Assembly (NCBI GenBank): GCA_000992085.1
Contig: LBTN01000012.1
Span: forward strand, 1,498 to 65,497
Source of the DNA: Candidatus Magasanikbacteria bacterium GW2011_GWA2_37_8
GTDB taxonomy: Bacteria > Patescibacteriota > Patescibacteriia > Magasanikbacterales > GWA2-37-8
Direction: 5' to 3'
Length of the DNA: 64,000 nt
Shown: in pieces, positions 1 through 10,503 of the stretch
Position numbering within the stretch: position 1 is the stretch's first letter
Layout: each line of letters begins with the position of its first letter
Position numbers and translations under genes: made by a program
The notes under the pieces: model-generated
Told to the model about the DNA's origin: nothing
What the model saw: the letters and a program-made list of their open reading frames with translations, nothing else
The model's database searches: none

Positions 1-768
1 GCCAATTTCATCGGTAGAACCAAAACGATTTTTAGCCGCACGCAAGATTCGATATTGATGATATTTGTCGCCTTCTAAATACAAAACCACATCTACTAAA
101 TGTTCTAAAGTTTTGGGCCCAGCCACAGCACCGTCTTTAGTTACCTGGCCAATTAAAACAATAACTGCACCAGTGGTTTTGGCTAGTGCCATTAATTTGG
201 TGGTGCAAGCGCGAATTTGAGTGATATTGCCCGCTTCACCTTCGGCTTCGGATGAAGAAACGGTTTGGACAGAATCGATAATAGCCAAACTTGGATTTTT
301 TTGAATGGTAGCAATAATATTTTCGATGTTGGTAGTGTTGGCTAATTGAAGAGTGGGGGATTTTAATGCCAAGCGTTCGGCGCGAAGTTTTATTTGTTCG
401 ATAGATTCTTCGCCAGAAAGATAAAGTGCATTTGGTAATAGCGCAGCTAGTTGTAGTGCTAGAGTGGATTTACCCACACCTGGTTCGCCACCGAGTAGTA
501 TTAAACTACCTGGCACCAATCCGCCACCCAACACACGGTCTAATTCTTCCACACCAGTTTTTAGGCGTTTAAAATTTTTGCCCTGGATTTCGTCTAGGGT
601 TGTTGTTTTAATTGCGTCGTATTCATTTTCGATATTTAAATTTTTTTGTGTGTTTGCTTGTGCTTTCTCAATTGTTCCCCATTTTCCACATTCCAAACAC
701 CGTCCAATCCATTTTTGAAATTGGGCGTTACAGTTGGAACAAGAGAAAATAATGTTATTTTTATTCAT
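1..768 (-). CDS. radA: DNA repair protein RadA/Sms (runs off window edge)
   Basis: Manual translation from ATG at 768: MNKNNIIFSCSNCNAQFQKWIGRCLECGKW (C4 zinc finger), GGEPGVGKSTL Walker A, IIDSVQT, GQVTKDG..AGPK..EHLVD, KNRFG. Confidence 0.96.
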   Translation of the reverse strand, partial: MNKNNIIFSCSNCNAQFQKWIGRCLECGKWGTIEKAQANTQKNLNIENEYDAIKTTTLDEIQGKNFKRLKTGVEELDRVLGGGLVPGSLILLGGEPGVGKSTLALQLAALLPNALYLSGEESIEQIKLRAERLALKSPTLQLANTTNIENIIATIQKNPSLAIIDSVQTVSSSEAEGEAGNITQIRACTTKLMALAKTTGAVIVLIGQVTKDGAVAGPKTLEHLVDVVLYLEGDKYHQYRILRAAKNRFGSTDEIG

Positions 769-771
769 AAC

Positions 772-1899
772 CTAGGGGGTAACAGTAGTAGTAAATCTTA
801 AACTGGGTGTGTCTAGCGGGCATTTATCCTTATTGATAGTGGTTAAGATGTTTTCTACTCCCATCCCTTTAACTAGCCCAATCATTTTTCTAGCGCCTTT
901 GTCGGCTTCGGCTGCAATTACCCTAGCTGTTCTTTTACCACCAGTAGAATCAGCATATTTGCCACCACTTTGTTGCTCCCATGATGCGTGAATAAAGTTA
1001 TAAGCAGTGGTGTAGTTGCATGTTTTTGTAATAACATTGTTTAAAGTTCCTTGCCCACTTTGATGGCCGAGATAAATAAAATATGTTAATGAGTCGCCAT
1101 CAATGGCTGGGCAATTTTTTTTGATTTGAGTAATGGAATCACGTATCATGCTGGTGCCTACCGCTGTACTTAATTCTGGATTAGTAAGTTGGTTACATTT
1201 GTCGTCTAAACCATATCTTTTTAATGAACTTTGGCAATAAACATTTTTAGTTTGAAAAAGCCCTGCAAAACCTAAGCTGTTTACCACGTTAGCGTCTAAA
1301 GATGACTCTACATAAGCCATAGCTTTAATTATGTGCCAGTCAGTTGGGATACAGTTACCATATGTTTGGAATAATAAATCAAAGCCAGTAAAATTTAAGG
1401 CTTTAGGATGAAGCGGGGTAGGTGTTTCGCCTTTATCATAAACGTCCAAGGGTATCGGTTCGATATATTTTACCTTTAACGTCTTAAATTCTACCAGTGC
1501 TGGATTAACTGTATAAAGAATTGCGTAAGAGCCCCAGGCAATAAACAGGCCAATTATTGCTTGAAATATTTTTTTGTAACCTGAATTTTTGTTTTCGCCA
1601 CCACCAGAAGTAATAATACGTAAACCTTGGATAATAATCATTACTACAGCAATTATGCTAATTATTCCCAAACCAAATTTATAGACAGCAGCGATATATT
1701 CGCCAATCCAAGGCAGATGAAGATAGCCTTCGGCATCGACATTTTTTTCTACGTCGCTAAAAGTAAGCTGGGGGATGTTAACTTCTATAACTGGTTTGCT
1801 AATTTTTAAATCATCTGCAACGTTTGTAGTTTCGGCTGCACTTGCGTTGCCAACCAAAATTAATCCGCTAAGAATAATTAATAAAAAATATTTTCGCAT
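772..1899 (-). CDS. Membrane/secreted protein: pilin-like two-TM module fused to SLT-type lytic transglycosylase domain
   Basis: Signal peptide, TM-loop-TM ending YTVNP, then KAMAYVESS...GLFQ transglycosylase motifs. Confidence 0.7.
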   Translation of the reverse strand: MRKYFLLIILSGLILVGNASAAETTNVADDLKISKPVIEVNIPQLTFSDVEKNVDAEGYLHLPWIGEYIAAVYKFGLGIISIIAVVMIIIQGLRIITSGGGENKNSGYKKIFQAIIGLFIAWGSYAILYTVNPALVEFKTLKVKYIEPIPLDVYDKGETPTPLHPKALNFTGFDLLFQTYGNCIPTDWHIIKAMAYVESSLDANVVNSLGFAGLFQTKNVYCQSSLKRYGLDDKCNQLTNPELSTAVGTSMIRDSITQIKKNCPAIDGDSLTYFIYLGHQSGQGTLNNVITKTCNYTTAYNFIHASWEQQSGGKYADSTGGKRTARVIAAEADKGARKMIGLVKGMGVENILTTINKDKCPLDTPSLRFTTTVTP

Positions 1900-1936
1900 A
1901 AGTGTAGTTAGTGAGAGAAATGAATTTATTTAAAAA

Positions 1937-2596
1937 TTATTCTTTAGTAATAAATTTATTTAACATTTCAGCTAGATCAATATCGCTAGTTAAATTTATT
2001 TTTTTATTGTTGATAAAGAGGGCGGGGATAGTTTTTATTCCCAAAGCTTGAGCTAAGGATGCGTTGTCGGCGACATAATTTTTGGCTTCTTCCGAACTAG
2101 CGCACTGCCACCAGGCGCCGGTATTTAATTGTAATGCCTCAGCAGTTTTTTTCAGTCCTGCTTCTTTTAGATTAGTTTTTTCCTTCATTACTAAATCGAT
2201 AAATTGCCAAAATTTATTTTGTTTGCCTGCGCAATAGGCGGCTTGATGGGCAAGAATATTTCCGTCAGAAAACCAACCTGTGCTAGGAGCGTCTTTAAAA
2301 AATAGTCGCGCTTCTTGGGGATGGCTAGTGATGAATTTAGAAATAGAGTAATAAACAGTTTGGCATTCGGCACAACCTAAATCGGCAAATAAAACCAAAG
2401 TAAGTGGCGATCCGGGGTTGCCTAAAATTTGGTCGGTGGCACCAAGAGGGATGTCGGTTAAATTGGTATTGATAATTGGTTCTTTGGTGGGGTTGATTAC
2501 AATATTTCTGGCTTGTTTAATTTGGGTTGCAAATAAAAGGCCTGCGGTTAGCACTATGCCAATTAATAAAACAAATAATTTTTTTTGTTGAGGCAT
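1937..2596 (-). CDS. DsbA-family thioredoxin-fold protein
   Basis: N-terminal TM, LGNPGSPLTLVLFADLGCAEC (CxxC), GIKTIP cis-Pro motif. Confidence 0.85.
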   Translation of the reverse strand: MPQQKKLFVLLIGIVLTAGLLFATQIKQARNIVINPTKEPIINTNLTDIPLGATDQILGNPGSPLTLVLFADLGCAECQTVYYSISKFITSHPQEARLFFKDAPSTGWFSDGNILAHQAAYCAGKQNKFWQFIDLVMKEKTNLKEAGLKKTAEALQLNTGAWWQCASSEEAKNYVADNASLAQALGIKTIPALFINNKKINLTSDIDLAEMLNKFITKE

Positions 2597-2600
2597 AAAT

Positions 2601-3833
2601 TTAAATTTTTACATTAAATACCCCAGTTTTATTGGTATCAGTAAAATATAGTTTATTATTAATACTATCAAAATTAATATTTTTTATAGAGTATTCGTCG
2701 CCCAACGGAACATTAGTTTTGAGCCCGGTTTGTAAATCTATTTTATACAGATCGTCTTTTAAGCCAAGAGCTAATTCGGGAAGCATGCCAGCACCTTGAG
2801 GAAGATTGCGTGGTACAGCACAATACAAAACTTTATCACCGGCAAACGTACATTTATCCGCCCATGTATTAATTGCTAGAGATTGACGGGCAGAACCGAT
2901 ATCATCGCCATAGGCATTTACTACCCAAAGTTCTGGTTTGTAGTCACTTCTGGTGCTAAATACACTATAAAGTAATTTTTGACCAGTAGGTGACCATTGT
3001 GGTTCGAAACCAGCCCCCTCTACAATAGTAGATTTAAAATTTTCACCATTTAAACCAATAAATAAAACTTCACGACGGTCGGCGCCCAAAGCCTGGCCGG
3101 TCATAGAAAAAGCAGCGGTTTGGCGACTAGGCGACCAATCAATAATTACTTTGTCGGCGTTGTTGCCCATTGGTTCGATTAATTTGCTGCCAGTACCGTC
3201 GTCGTTAACAGTAATTAACCAACGACTTTCGGGGGATAGCCCCATGCTTTTGGCTGCGATTTGACTACTGTCGTTTGAGAAGGAAAATTCTTCCCAGTGC
3301 TTAGGTAAAGTTATTTGTTTTTTAGTTTCAAAATTATAAACAATTTTATTGCCATCAGGGTATTCTACAACTGCTTCATCTTTGGTTGGCGCCCAAGTAA
3401 CTTTATCGGCGTTGTAAAAAATTTGATCGGACATTTCTGTTATTGTGCCGTCGCCTGTAACGCGATAAAATTTTCCGTCGGCGGCGTTGTGATACCGCAA
3501 TCCACCGTTTTTATTGGTAGAAGTAAATAGAGCATAGTCGGTAGTAACTTGAGTAACTGGTTTGGCTTGGTAGTAGCTAGGGGTAACTTGAGGTATAGCA
3601 CCAGTTGGGGCGGCTTGTCCACGGACAAGTTCGCCAGCACCAGTGGTGGTGACGATAGGTGCAACCCTTTCACCAGCAGTTGGCAAAGCCCCAGGTGTGG
3701 TGGTTGCTACTGGGCGTGGTTTAAACGCTGTTGGTGTTGTTTTTTGGAATAAATAATACAGCCCAATACCAATTAGGGCAGCGGTGGCGAGTAGCGCACC
3801 GGCGAAAAGATTTTTTTTGAGAGTGGGAGACAT
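2601..3833 (-). CDS. Membrane-anchored TolB-like beta-propeller protein
   Basis: N-terminal TM, Thr/Pro linker, repeated WAP/FS/WSP blade motifs. Confidence 0.65.
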   Translation of the reverse strand: MSPTLKKNLFAGALLATAALIGIGLYYLFQKTTPTAFKPRPVATTTPGALPTAGERVAPIVTTTGAGELVRGQAAPTGAIPQVTPSYYQAKPVTQVTTDYALFTSTNKNGGLRYHNAADGKFYRVTGDGTITEMSDQIFYNADKVTWAPTKDEAVVEYPDGNKIVYNFETKKQITLPKHWEEFSFSNDSSQIAAKSMGLSPESRWLITVNDDGTGSKLIEPMGNNADKVIIDWSPSRQTAAFSMTGQALGADRREVLFIGLNGENFKSTIVEGAGFEPQWSPTGQKLLYSVFSTRSDYKPELWVVNAYGDDIGSARQSLAINTWADKCTFAGDKVLYCAVPRNLPQGAGMLPELALGLKDDLYKIDLQTGLKTNVPLGDEYSIKNINFDSINNKLYFTDTNKTGVFNVKI

Positions 3834-3872
3834 ACGGTGAATTTTTAATTTTTAATTTTGTAATTTTTGAAA

Positions 3873-5141
3873 TTATAGGGCTTCAGCCATTTGTGCTTGT
3901 TCTGCCTGTTGCTGTTCGCGTTGGGCCTCTAGTTGAAAAACATTTTGGAGATTATAAATTCTTAACTCCGTTTTTACATATTTTTTAGACAAATCTTTTT
4001 TGTTATCTTCTAATTTTTTTATTTTGCCTTTAGTATCGCTCATTATTAATTCTAGTGCTTTAAATAATCCATAGACTAAACCAATGCCAGTAAAGGCCGC
4101 AATTGTAGCTTTGATAATTTCTCGACGATGAGCTTTTTTTATTTTTTTTATCTCTTTATCAATATCGCCCATCTTCTTTTTTAAATCTTTTGCTTCTTTT
4201 TTTAAAGTTAAAATTTGCCGACGATTTCTTACTGATTTAATTTTACTAAACGGTTTACCAACTGTACGATTAAGGCCTGCTTTTGTTTGATTTTTATCTT
4301 GACGACGTTGTTCATCTTTGTTATTTGCCTGTTCTTGGGCTAATCGTTTTTTCTTTTCTTCAGGGGTTTCTTCTGGTTCGGTAGTATCGCCGCCCGTTGG
4401 TTTTTCGGTTGGAGTTAGACCTTGTTTTTCTTCTGGTTTAGCTTTAGCATCTTTAGCACGGTTAGAAGACAAATCGTTAGCTGCCCCCTGTTCAGCGTCG
4501 GGGTTTATTTTTGGAGTTTGACTAGCGTCAGGAGTAGATATTGGCTGGTCGCCAGGTAATTTTGGTTTTGTCTCTATCTTTTTATTGATTCTATTTTCGT
4601 GATTGTCGGGTTTTATTGGTTTTGGAGTAGGAGCTGGAATATCAGAAGATGGCGTTGCTGCCGGTTCGGTTGTCTGTCCTTTTGCTTGGGTGTCTACTGG
4701 TGTTGGTTTGGTCGGAATATTGCTGGCTGGTGTTTCTTTTGATGCTGTTTCAACAGGAGCTCCTGCGACTAATTCGTTAGCATCTGGTTTATTTAAATCG
4801 GGTTCTTTATTTTCGCCATCAACTTCTTCATTTTCACCTGCAACATCAGTTTTAGGGGTATTATCTGGTGCGGGTGCGGCAGCAGGTATAGCTTTTGGGC
4901 TAATGTCATCTGGTGTTTGTTCGGTTTTTGTATCGGTTGTGGTGGGCGCAGTAGCAGTTGGTATTTCTACCTTTATTTTTAAAGAATTTGGCGTGTCACC
5001 CTTTTCTACCAATACACCATCGCCTTGGGCTGTAGCGTCAGAAACAACAACACCATCACCACTGGCGTCGTTATTATTTGGGGCAGCTTTTACAGAATCG
5101 TCGCCCTCAATCTTGATTTGTGGTTCGGCTTCATCAGGCAT
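3873..5141 (-). CDS. Hypothetical protein: acidic/Pro/Thr disordered N-terminus, coiled coil, one TM
   Basis: 422-aa ORF with ATG start, co-oriented with neighbours; composition. Confidence 0.7.
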   Translation of the reverse strand: MPDEAEPQIKIEGDDSVKAAPNNNDASGDGVVVSDATAQGDGVLVEKGDTPNSLKIKVEIPTATAPTTTDTKTEQTPDDISPKAIPAAAPAPDNTPKTDVAGENEEVDGENKEPDLNKPDANELVAGAPVETASKETPASNIPTKPTPVDTQAKGQTTEPAATPSSDIPAPTPKPIKPDNHENRINKKIETKPKLPGDQPISTPDASQTPKINPDAEQGAANDLSSNRAKDAKAKPEEKQGLTPTEKPTGGDTTEPEETPEEKKKRLAQEQANNKDEQRRQDKNQTKAGLNRTVGKPFSKIKSVRNRRQILTLKKEAKDLKKKMGDIDKEIKKIKKAHRREIIKATIAAFTGIGLVYGLFKALELIMSDTKGKIKKLEDNKKDLSKKYVKTELRIYNLQNVFQLEAQREQQQAEQAQMAEAL

Positions 5142-5242
5142 TTGATAATATTATACCAGTTTTAACAAAATTTAGCCATTTGTATTTTTATGTAAGGTAT
5201 TATATAATTATTCTACCTTTAATTCAAGTTAAAAAATGATGT

Positions 5243-6604
5243 ATGTTTCCGGAAAATATTTTTAAAGCCTATGATATTCGCGGGATCTATCCCGATGAAT
5301 TAAATGAAGATTTGGCCTATAAGATTGGGCGAGCCTATATAATATTAAGACAAACAGAACTTGGTAGAAAAAATATGAAAATTGCGATAGGCCACGATAT
5401 GCGCTTGTCTTCGCCGTCGTTATTTGCAGAATTAAAAAGAGGTCTTAAAGAGCAGGGCGCAGACGTTGTAGATATTGGTTTGGTTTCTACTCCAACTTAT
5501 TATTTTGCTGTTTCTTTTTATAATTATGATGGCGGCTTATTAATTTCCGCTTCTCATAATCCTAAGGAATATAATGGTATAAAGATTGTCCGAGAAAAAG
5601 CCAAGCCTTTGGGTAACGGCACTGGTATGGAGGAATTAAAAGAGATAGTTAAGAAGGGCGAATTTTTAGAATCTGATTATCTTGGTACAGAAGAAACTAA
5701 CGAGAATGTTTTAGAAGATGAAACCGTTTTATGCGAAAAGTATTCTGATTTAATAAAAATTAAACCCATGAAAATTGTGATAGATACTGCTAATTCTATG
5801 GGTATAGTTTATTTAGAGCGTTTGTTTAAAGATTTACCACAACTTACAATTATAAAAATGAACGATAAATTAGACGGGACTTTTCCTGCGCATCAGGCCG
5901 ATCCTCTACAAGAGAAAAATATAAAAGATTTGGAGGAAAGAGTAATAACAGAAAAAGCTGATTTAGGTATAGCCACCGATGGTGATGGGGACAGAATTTT
6001 TTTCGTTGATAACTTAGGCAAAAGAATTAGACCGGAGATAATGCGCGGTATTTTGGCGCAGACGTTTTTAAAAGATAATCCAGGTGCAACTATTTGTTAT
6101 GATATACGGCCGGGAAAGATTACCGAAGATATGATTTTAGAAGCTGGTGGCAAACCATCGGTTACTAAAGTGGGGCATTCGCTTATAAAAAGGCAAATGA
6201 TAGAAACCGGTGCGGTTTTTGGCGGTGAATCTTCTGGACATTTTTTTGTACAATTTCCCCACGGTACATATGAGGCGCCAATGATTGCGACCCTGAGATT
6301 TTTGCAAGTAATTTCAGAAAGTAATTTATCATCAGCGGATTATGTTAAACCGTTAGATAAATATTTTCATTCTGGCGAAATAAATTTTACAGTTAGCGAC
6401 AAAGAAAGAGTTTTAGAAGCATTAAAAATAAAATACGCTGATGCTAAAATCAATTCTTTGGATGGTCTAACTTTTACTTATCCGGATTTTTGGTTTAACG
6501 TTCGCGCGAGCAACACCGAACCGTTGTTGCGTTTAAATCTAGAATCCACATCTAAAGAGTTGATGGAAGAGAAATTAATTGAAATTAAAAATATAATTTT
6601 ATAA
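5243..6604 (+). CDS. Phosphomannomutase/phosphoglucomutase
   Basis: FKAYDIRG, SASHNP phosphoserine loop, DGDGDR metal loop, GESSGH, RASNTEP. Confidence 0.95.
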   Translation: MFPENIFKAYDIRGIYPDELNEDLAYKIGRAYIILRQTELGRKNMKIAIGHDMRLSSPSLFAELKRGLKEQGADVVDIGLVSTPTYYFAVSFYNYDGGLLISASHNPKEYNGIKIVREKAKPLGNGTGMEELKEIVKKGEFLESDYLGTEETNENVLEDETVLCEKYSDLIKIKPMKIVIDTANSMGIVYLERLFKDLPQLTIIKMNDKLDGTFPAHQADPLQEKNIKDLEERVITEKADLGIATDGDGDRIFFVDNLGKRIRPEIMRGILAQTFLKDNPGATICYDIRPGKITEDMILEAGGKPSVTKVGHSLIKRQMIETGAVFGGESSGHFFVQFPHGTYEAPMIATLRFLQVISESNLSSADYVKPLDKYFHSGEINFTVSDKERVLEALKIKYADAKINSLDGLTFTYPDFWFNVRASNTEPLLRLNLESTSKELMEEKLIEIKNIIL

Positions 6605-6608
6605 TAAT

Positions 6609-7031
6609 ATGGTTGAAGGTAAAAAGGGGTTAGAAATGATGCGCCAAGGTGTTGGTCCGAGGCGTTTTACACAAAGCCAGCGCGCGGCGATGGTTGAGGC
6701 TAGAGATTCTTATTCAGTTTATAGAGCGGTAGACCAAATAAGAAGTGATTATGCCAATGCGGAGAGAGGAGATCTAGAGCGAGCTCAGGAATTGATGAAA
6801 GAAATGGGGGTAAGATTTGGTATTGTTATTGGCGAAGATGGTAAGGTAATTCATCCGCCTTTAGAAATAGAAACAAACGCCGGAATGTTTCGAGAAATTA
6901 GAATCCTTTCAATTGATTACAAGGGTCGTTGTGATTGGCAGTTTGTAAAAGCGAAAGAGCCAAAGATTGGTCATACGGTTATTCAAAATTTAATATCAGC
7001 AATGAATTTAAGAAGAAAAGAAGTTAAATAG
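6609..7031 (+). CDS. Hypothetical protein
   Basis: 140-aa ATG ORF 4 bp after PMM/PGM; no recognised motif. Confidence 0.6.
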   Translation: MVEGKKGLEMMRQGVGPRRFTQSQRAAMVEARDSYSVYRAVDQIRSDYANAERGDLERAQELMKEMGVRFGIVIGEDGKVIHPPLEIETNAGMFREIRILSIDYKGRCDWQFVKAKEPKIGHTVIQNLISAMNLRRKEVK

Positions 7032-7048
7032 TTGATCAAATTAAATTT

Positions 7049-7078
7049 AAAAATACCTGCCAATTGGCAGGTATTTTT
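7049..7078. terminator. Bidirectional intrinsic terminator (perfect 30-bp palindrome)
   Basis: aaaaatacctgccaa|ttggcaggtattttt between convergent genes. Confidence 0.85.
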
Positions 7079-7080
7079 GT

Positions 7081-7965
7081 TTAAATCATCCCTCGTAACT
7101 TATTTATTCTGTCTTCGATCGGTGGATGGGTAGAAAACAATCCGGTAAAACTTTTGGCTTTTAGTGGGTTTGAAATAAAAAGATGAGCGGTGGCAGCTGA
7201 AGCATTAGCCATCGGTATGTTTGAAGAAGAAATTTTTTCAAGAGCACTAGCCAAGCCTTCGGGGTAGCGGGTAAGTAGCACTCCATCGGCATCAGCCAAA
7301 TATTCACGTTTGCGGGAGATTGCGAGTTTTATGAGCTCGGCAATAATAGGGGATAAAATTAATAAAATCAAACCAACTATCATTATTATTCCGCCTAATT
7401 GTCCGCCACCATTATCATTATTACGTTTGCCACCAAACATTCTGATTCTAAAAAACCAATTAGAAAGTAAAGCAATTGTTCCAACCAGAACTACCACTAC
7501 TGTCATCAAGCGAATATCGTAATTTTTTACGTGGGACATTTCGTGGGCGATCACACCCTCTAATTCTTGATCGGTTAGGGCATTGATAATCCCAGTGGTT
7601 AAGGCAATGGAAGCATGCTCTGGGTCGCGTCCACAAGCAAAAGCGTTTAACGCCGGTGAATTAATAAGATAGATTTTTGGCATTGGTACACCAGCGGTAA
7701 TGCTTAAATTTTCTATCAAATGAAATACGCGCTGGTTTTCTTCTTCGGTAATTTGTTTTGCTCCAGTAGACACTAGCGCAATCGCATCACCTTTGTAATA
7801 ACTTACTAAAGTCATTATAGCTGAAATAATAATCGCAAAAATAACTAATTCGTAGTTATAACCTAAATATTGATCTGCAAACCAAGCGATACTAATTATA
7901 AAAGCTAAGAATATTGCCATTAAAATTCCGGTTTTGCGTTTGTTAGAGTCGATTTGAGAGTACAT
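7081..7965 (-). CDS. htpX: Zinc metalloprotease HtpX (M48)
   Basis: NAFACG, AHEMSH (HExxH), SRKREYLAD, STHP; ATG at 7965 preferred. Confidence 0.93.
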   Translation of the reverse strand: MYSQIDSNKRKTGILMAIFLAFIISIAWFADQYLGYNYELVIFAIIISAIMTLVSYYKGDAIALVSTGAKQITEEENQRVFHLIENLSITAGVPMPKIYLINSPALNAFACGRDPEHASIALTTGIINALTDQELEGVIAHEMSHVKNYDIRLMTVVVVLVGTIALLSNWFFRIRMFGGKRNNDNGGGQLGGIIMIVGLILLILSPIIAELIKLAISRKREYLADADGVLLTRYPEGLASALEKISSSNIPMANASAATAHLFISNPLKAKSFTGLFSTHPPIEDRINKLRGMI

Positions 7966-8068
7966 AGTTTTTAATGGCAAATTTTTAATTTTAAATTTCT
8001 AATAAAATGCCTAATTCTAAAATTTGACATTATGATTTTATCATTAATGTGATATTAGAAATTAATAA

Positions 8069-8635
8069 TTAGAATTTTACTTGGACGTTTTGTTTTTCAC
8101 CGTCGGCGGCTTGGAAGAATTCGTAGGCTTTAAAGTTTAACATGCCAGCGATAAGGTTGGTAGGGAAGACTTGAATTTTGGTGTTGAAGTCGCGAACATT
8201 ACCGTTGTAAAAACGGCGAGAAGCTTGGATTTTATTTTCCGTGTCGGATAGTTCGCTTTGTAGTTGTAAGAAATTTTGACTAGCTTTTAGATCTGGATAA
8301 TTTTCGGACAAAGCAAACAAGCTTTTTAGAGTACCAGATAAGGCGTTTTCGGCTTGTTCTTTTTCTGCTAAAGTAGCATTTTTATCATCGTGGACATTCA
8401 TAGCGGCGGTGCGGGCTTCGGTTAATTTTACCAAAGTATCTTGTTCGTGAGTCATGTAGCCTTTTACAGTTTCCATTAAGTTTGGGATCAAATCATAACG
8501 GCGTTTAAGTTGCACGTCAATATCGCTAGCTGCTTCGTTGGCGCGATTACGACTTTTGATTAATCCATTAAAAGTTCCGACTAGCCATAGTACCAAAACG
8601 GCGACTACAGCCAAAATAACGTAGGTTGCTGTCAT
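8069..8635 (-). CDS. lemA: LemA family protein
   Basis: IDVQLKRRYDLIPNL, ENYPDLKA, SRRFYN; canonical lemA-htpX pair. Confidence 0.95.
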   Translation of the reverse strand: MTATYVILAVVAVLVLWLVGTFNGLIKSRNRANEAASDIDVQLKRRYDLIPNLMETVKGYMTHEQDTLVKLTEARTAAMNVHDDKNATLAEKEQAENALSGTLKSLFALSENYPDLKASQNFLQLQSELSDTENKIQASRRFYNGNVRDFNTKIQVFPTNLIAGMLNFKAYEFFQAADGEKQNVQVKF

Positions 8636-8742
8636 ATATATTAAATTATCAGCCAATTTAAAGGTATTGGCTTTTTATATCTATTAGTATATAATACTAG
8701 CCAGTATCTGGCAAGAGATTCGGATAATTTTAATTTTTTATT

Positions 8743-9909
8743 ATGTTCACTTTGATTACTTTTATTATCGTTTTGGCTTTGTTAGTTTTTTCTCACGAGT
8801 TTGGTCATTTTATCGTTGCGCGTAAAAATGGAATCAAAGTAGAGGAATTCGGTTTTGGTTTTCCACCTCGATTATTTGGGGTGCAATATAAGCCAGAACA
8901 AAAGAAGTTTATTTGGATATTTGGTAACCGCGATTTAACCGAAGAAGAAAAAGCTGACGACACAGTCTATTCTTTTAATTTGGTACCACTAGGTGGTTTT
9001 GTAAAAATTAAAGGTGAAGATGGCGAAGCGCCGCTCGCTCCTGATAGTTTTGGAAGCAAACCAGCTTGGCGTAGAGCGTCTGTGTTGGCTGCTGGAGTAG
9101 CAATGAATATAATTTTGGCTGCTGTTTTATTATCTGTTGGTTTTATAATAGGAATGCCACAGGTTGTAGACGACGGCGCTGTGGTAGCAGTGCGTGATCG
9201 CCATTTAACTATTATTCAAGTTTTGCCAGACACTCCAGCCAAAGTAGCTGGTTTAGAAAGCGGTGATAAAATTATCCAAATTGGCGAGTTGAATAATCCA
9301 GAGGTAACAGCCATGCAAGATTATATTAATAGTAATAAAGATCAAACTTTATCAATTACCGTTAAGCGTGGCGAAGAAGAAATTAAGAAAGAAATCAAAC
9401 CAGTTATTTACCCTGATACTGGTAAAGCAGGCATCGGAGTAGCAATTGCAACGGTTGGTTTGGTTAAATATCCTTGGTATCAAGCTATTTACGAAGGTAT
9501 AAAAGCTACCGGCTGGTATTTGAAAGAAATTATTGTGGCTTTTTATGGGTTAATCTCTGCTCTAGTGGTAGGCAAAGGTGTGTCTTCTGCTGTTTCTGGG
9601 CCAGTAGGTATAGCCACCATGACGGGTGAAGTAGCCAGATTAGGTTGGTCTTATCTATTGCAATTTACGGCGATGTTATCTTTAAATTTGGCAGTACTAA
9701 ATATTTTGCCAATTCCAGCTTTAGACGGTGGACGTTTGTTGTTTTTAGTCATTGGTAAAATTAGGCGTCGGCCAATTTCTACTAAAGTTGAACAAGTAAT
9801 TCACTCGGTTGGTTTTATGCTGTTAATGTTATTAGTAGTAATTATTACAGTTAAAGATTTGCGTGTTTTTGAAGGCGCTTTTTTTCATTTTATTAATCGT
9901 TTATTTTAA
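8743..9909 (+). CDS. rseP: RIP metalloprotease RseP (M50, PDZ)
   Basis: HEFGH, PLGGFV, PDZ domain, NILPIPALDGG. Confidence 0.95.
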   Translation: MFTLITFIIVLALLVFSHEFGHFIVARKNGIKVEEFGFGFPPRLFGVQYKPEQKKFIWIFGNRDLTEEEKADDTVYSFNLVPLGGFVKIKGEDGEAPLAPDSFGSKPAWRRASVLAAGVAMNIILAAVLLSVGFIIGMPQVVDDGAVVAVRDRHLTIIQVLPDTPAKVAGLESGDKIIQIGELNNPEVTAMQDYINSNKDQTLSITVKRGEEEIKKEIKPVIYPDTGKAGIGVAIATVGLVKYPWYQAIYEGIKATGWYLKEIIVAFYGLISALVVGKGVSSAVSGPVGIATMTGEVARLGWSYLLQFTAMLSLNLAVLNILPIPALDGGRLLFLVIGKIRRRPISTKVEQVIHSVGFMLLMLLVVIITVKDLRVFEGAFFHFINRLF

Positions 9910-9912
9910 TAT

Positions 9913-10500
9913 ATGCATACTAATCGCGGGGCACTGGGATTAGAGGGGAGACCGGTTTTTGATCAAGAAAAATGTGTAGAAAATGATTTAACAGAACAGC
10001 AGTTAGAGATTTTGAAGCAAGTTAGGCCACGGTTAGATTTAGTGTTAAACACTAAAATGGCTATAAAAGAATTTCCTGAGGATAATTTAGAAGAAAACGG
10101 AGTTTTAAATGGTTTTTCTAATCCAGAAATGCAAGCCAAGGCGGCGGGAGATTTGCCAGGTTTTTTTGACGAACAATTAGAATCTAGATTTTTTGATTTA
10201 GATAGTTATGTTAAAAATTTGGGTAGTAGAGACAGTTTAGATAAAATAAGACAGTTTTTTAGCCAGTTTGATAGAGAGGGATCGGTAGTAAAGGAGGATG
10301 AGTTGGAAGAAAAATACAGAGATTTAGAAATTATTTATTTATCTTTACGTAACCGAATTTTATTATTAAAAGAAGTTATTTTACAAATCGAAAATAAAGT
10401 TAGTGATTATTTAAGACTCGAGATTACTATGCCTAAACATGGTAGTACGCAGCTTGTTTATAATGCTGGTAATGTTTGGAATAATTTAGTAAAACACTAA
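9913..10500 (+). CDS. Hypothetical protein
   Basis: 195-aa ORF tightly packed between rseP and pheS. Confidence 0.6.
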   Translation: MHTNRGALGLEGRPVFDQEKCVENDLTEQQLEILKQVRPRLDLVLNTKMAIKEFPEDNLEENGVLNGFSNPEMQAKAAGDLPGFFDEQLESRFFDLDSYVKNLGSRDSLDKIRQFFSQFDREGSVVKEDELEEKYRDLEIIYLSLRNRILLLKEVILQIENKVSDYLRLEITMPKHGSTQLVYNAGNVWNNLVKH

Positions 10501-10503
10501 AAT

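Noticed and set aside
464..718. 84-aa plus-strand ORF
   Set aside because: Antisense to radA, which the ORF track omitted because it runs off the window
4603..5145. 180-aa Ser/Gly/Val-rich plus-strand ORF
   Set aside because: Antisense shadow of the low-complexity 3873-5141 gene
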